From Octopus bimaculoides (taxonomy: Eukaryota): a stretch of DNA of 64,000 bases. Where the stretch lies: assembly GCF_001194135.2 (NCBI RefSeq), contig NC_068984.1, positions 95,637,916 through 95,701,915 on the forward strand. Direction: 5' to 3'. Both the position numbers and the translations under genes were made by a program. The stretch's first letter is position 1. Each line of letters begins with the position of its first letter. The notes beneath the pieces are model-generated. The model saw nothing but the letters and a program-made list of their open reading frames with translations, was not told where the DNA came from and did no database searches. Below, one piece after another: positions 63,060-64,000 of this stretch.

Positions 63060-64000
63060 CAACACCAACAGTTAAATGGCTAATGACGTAACGTATTTCC
63101 TTTCCGGTATCCTGAAGAAGGATCTGTGGTTGGAGATGCGTTGCTTGAATGTGTTACCGGAGCAACCGATGTATCTCCGTGTTCGGGTGTTGGTGGTGCT
63201 GTATCTGTTGGAGTTGGCGTTGCTGCTATTGCTGTTGATAGTAGTGGCGCTGTTGGTTTTGGCGTCATTGGAGGTGGCGGTGGTGTTACTGCCGTTACTA
63301 CTGGTGTTGGTAATGGTGCTATTGTTGTTATGGTCATCGTCGTTGATGGAGGCGTTGTCATTGACGTTATAGATATCAATGGCGATGGCTCTGCTGTTAT
63401 TTCCGTTAGGGATATCGCCATTGCTGTCGTTTATGTTGTTATTGTTGTTATCGCTGGCAATGGTGCTGCCGCTGGTTCTGTTCAAGCAACGAATCTCCAA
63501 CCACAGATCCTCCTTAAGGATACCGGAAAGGAGATACGTTACGTCATTAGCCAGCTATGTATGGCAGATGAAGGACGACGGGATTCCACACACAATATCA
63601 TGGAGAATCTTAGAAAATCTGGGCCCCTACATAAACGGGACCAAGCGGTGTAAACTGTTCATAGTGGAATGGCGAGGATACTAAGGGACTCCATAATCCA
63701 GCGAACATCCTTAACTCCAGAACGGAGGTCTTCGGTCCGTGCTTGCATTTCAGAAAATTCCTGCTGGCCTATTGGAACCCACAATATAACAGGGTCACTT
63801 ACGATCGATAGCCAAAAGAAGAAAATCCCTTGTTATAGACATCGAGTAACGAGGTCCTTTCTTTGTCCATTTCCTAGAGGGACCGCACGCTACAGAGGTC
63901 ATAAGCCAACAGGTTTGGAATCTGATGAAACGCCATAAAGCTAAGCGCTTTATGGACGAGAAACCAAGGGTAATCCCATAAACCGGCCTTATCTAACTTT
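63060..64000 (+). mobile_element. Penelope-like 3' end: GIY-YIG C-terminus with inverted partial copy and terminal-repeat hammerhead
   Basis: FKQRISNHRSSLRIPERRYVTSLASYVWQMK on + (63481-) and an inverted copy at 63078-63150; hammerhead at 63912-63984. Confidence 0.85.
63912..63984 (+). ncRNA. Type I hammerhead ribozyme motif (junctions around stem II altered)
   Basis: GGTTTGGAAT-CTGATGA-AACG-CCATAAAGC-TAAGC-GCTTTATGG-ACGA-GAAAC-CAAGG-GTA-ATCCCATAAACC. Confidence 0.7.

Noticed and set aside
60014-64000. Further upstream UFL1 exon
   Set aside because: No minus-strand segment matching the expected preceding peptide with splice sites was found by eye; it probably lies beyond the window.

Overview
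Eukaryotic, AT-rich, microsatellite- and gap-rich window. The repeat landscape ((GAT)n-tailed RTE LINEs, tRNA-derived SINEs) looks like an octopod cephalopod genome; that assignment is inference. One host gene is supported: the last five coding exons of UFL1 (E3 UFM1 ligase 1) on the minus strand (60013-59883, 50744-50664, 50319-50228, 29841-29630, 24050-23890). All have GT-AG boundaries and compatible phases, followed by a stop codon and AATAAA. Nearly everything else recognisable is decayed transposable elements: Tx1/L1-clade LINEs, several RTE LINE families, Penelope-like elements (PLEs), two Gypsy LTR elements (one Gmr1-type with integrase before RT and a tRNA-Pro PBS), mariner/Tc1, piggyBac, SINEs and foldbacks. 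The most interesting signal is non-coding. At least five sequence-unrelated families of minimal type I hammerhead ribozyme motifs occur here. They include a ~390 bp non-coding insertion (18680-19067) that combines a tRNA-derived Pol III head, an intact hammerhead and a second inverted hammerhead arm, all inside a 12-bp target-site duplication. This is a candidate Penelope-mobilised, ribozyme-carrying SINE. No CRISPR, rRNA or bona fide tRNA gene is supported.
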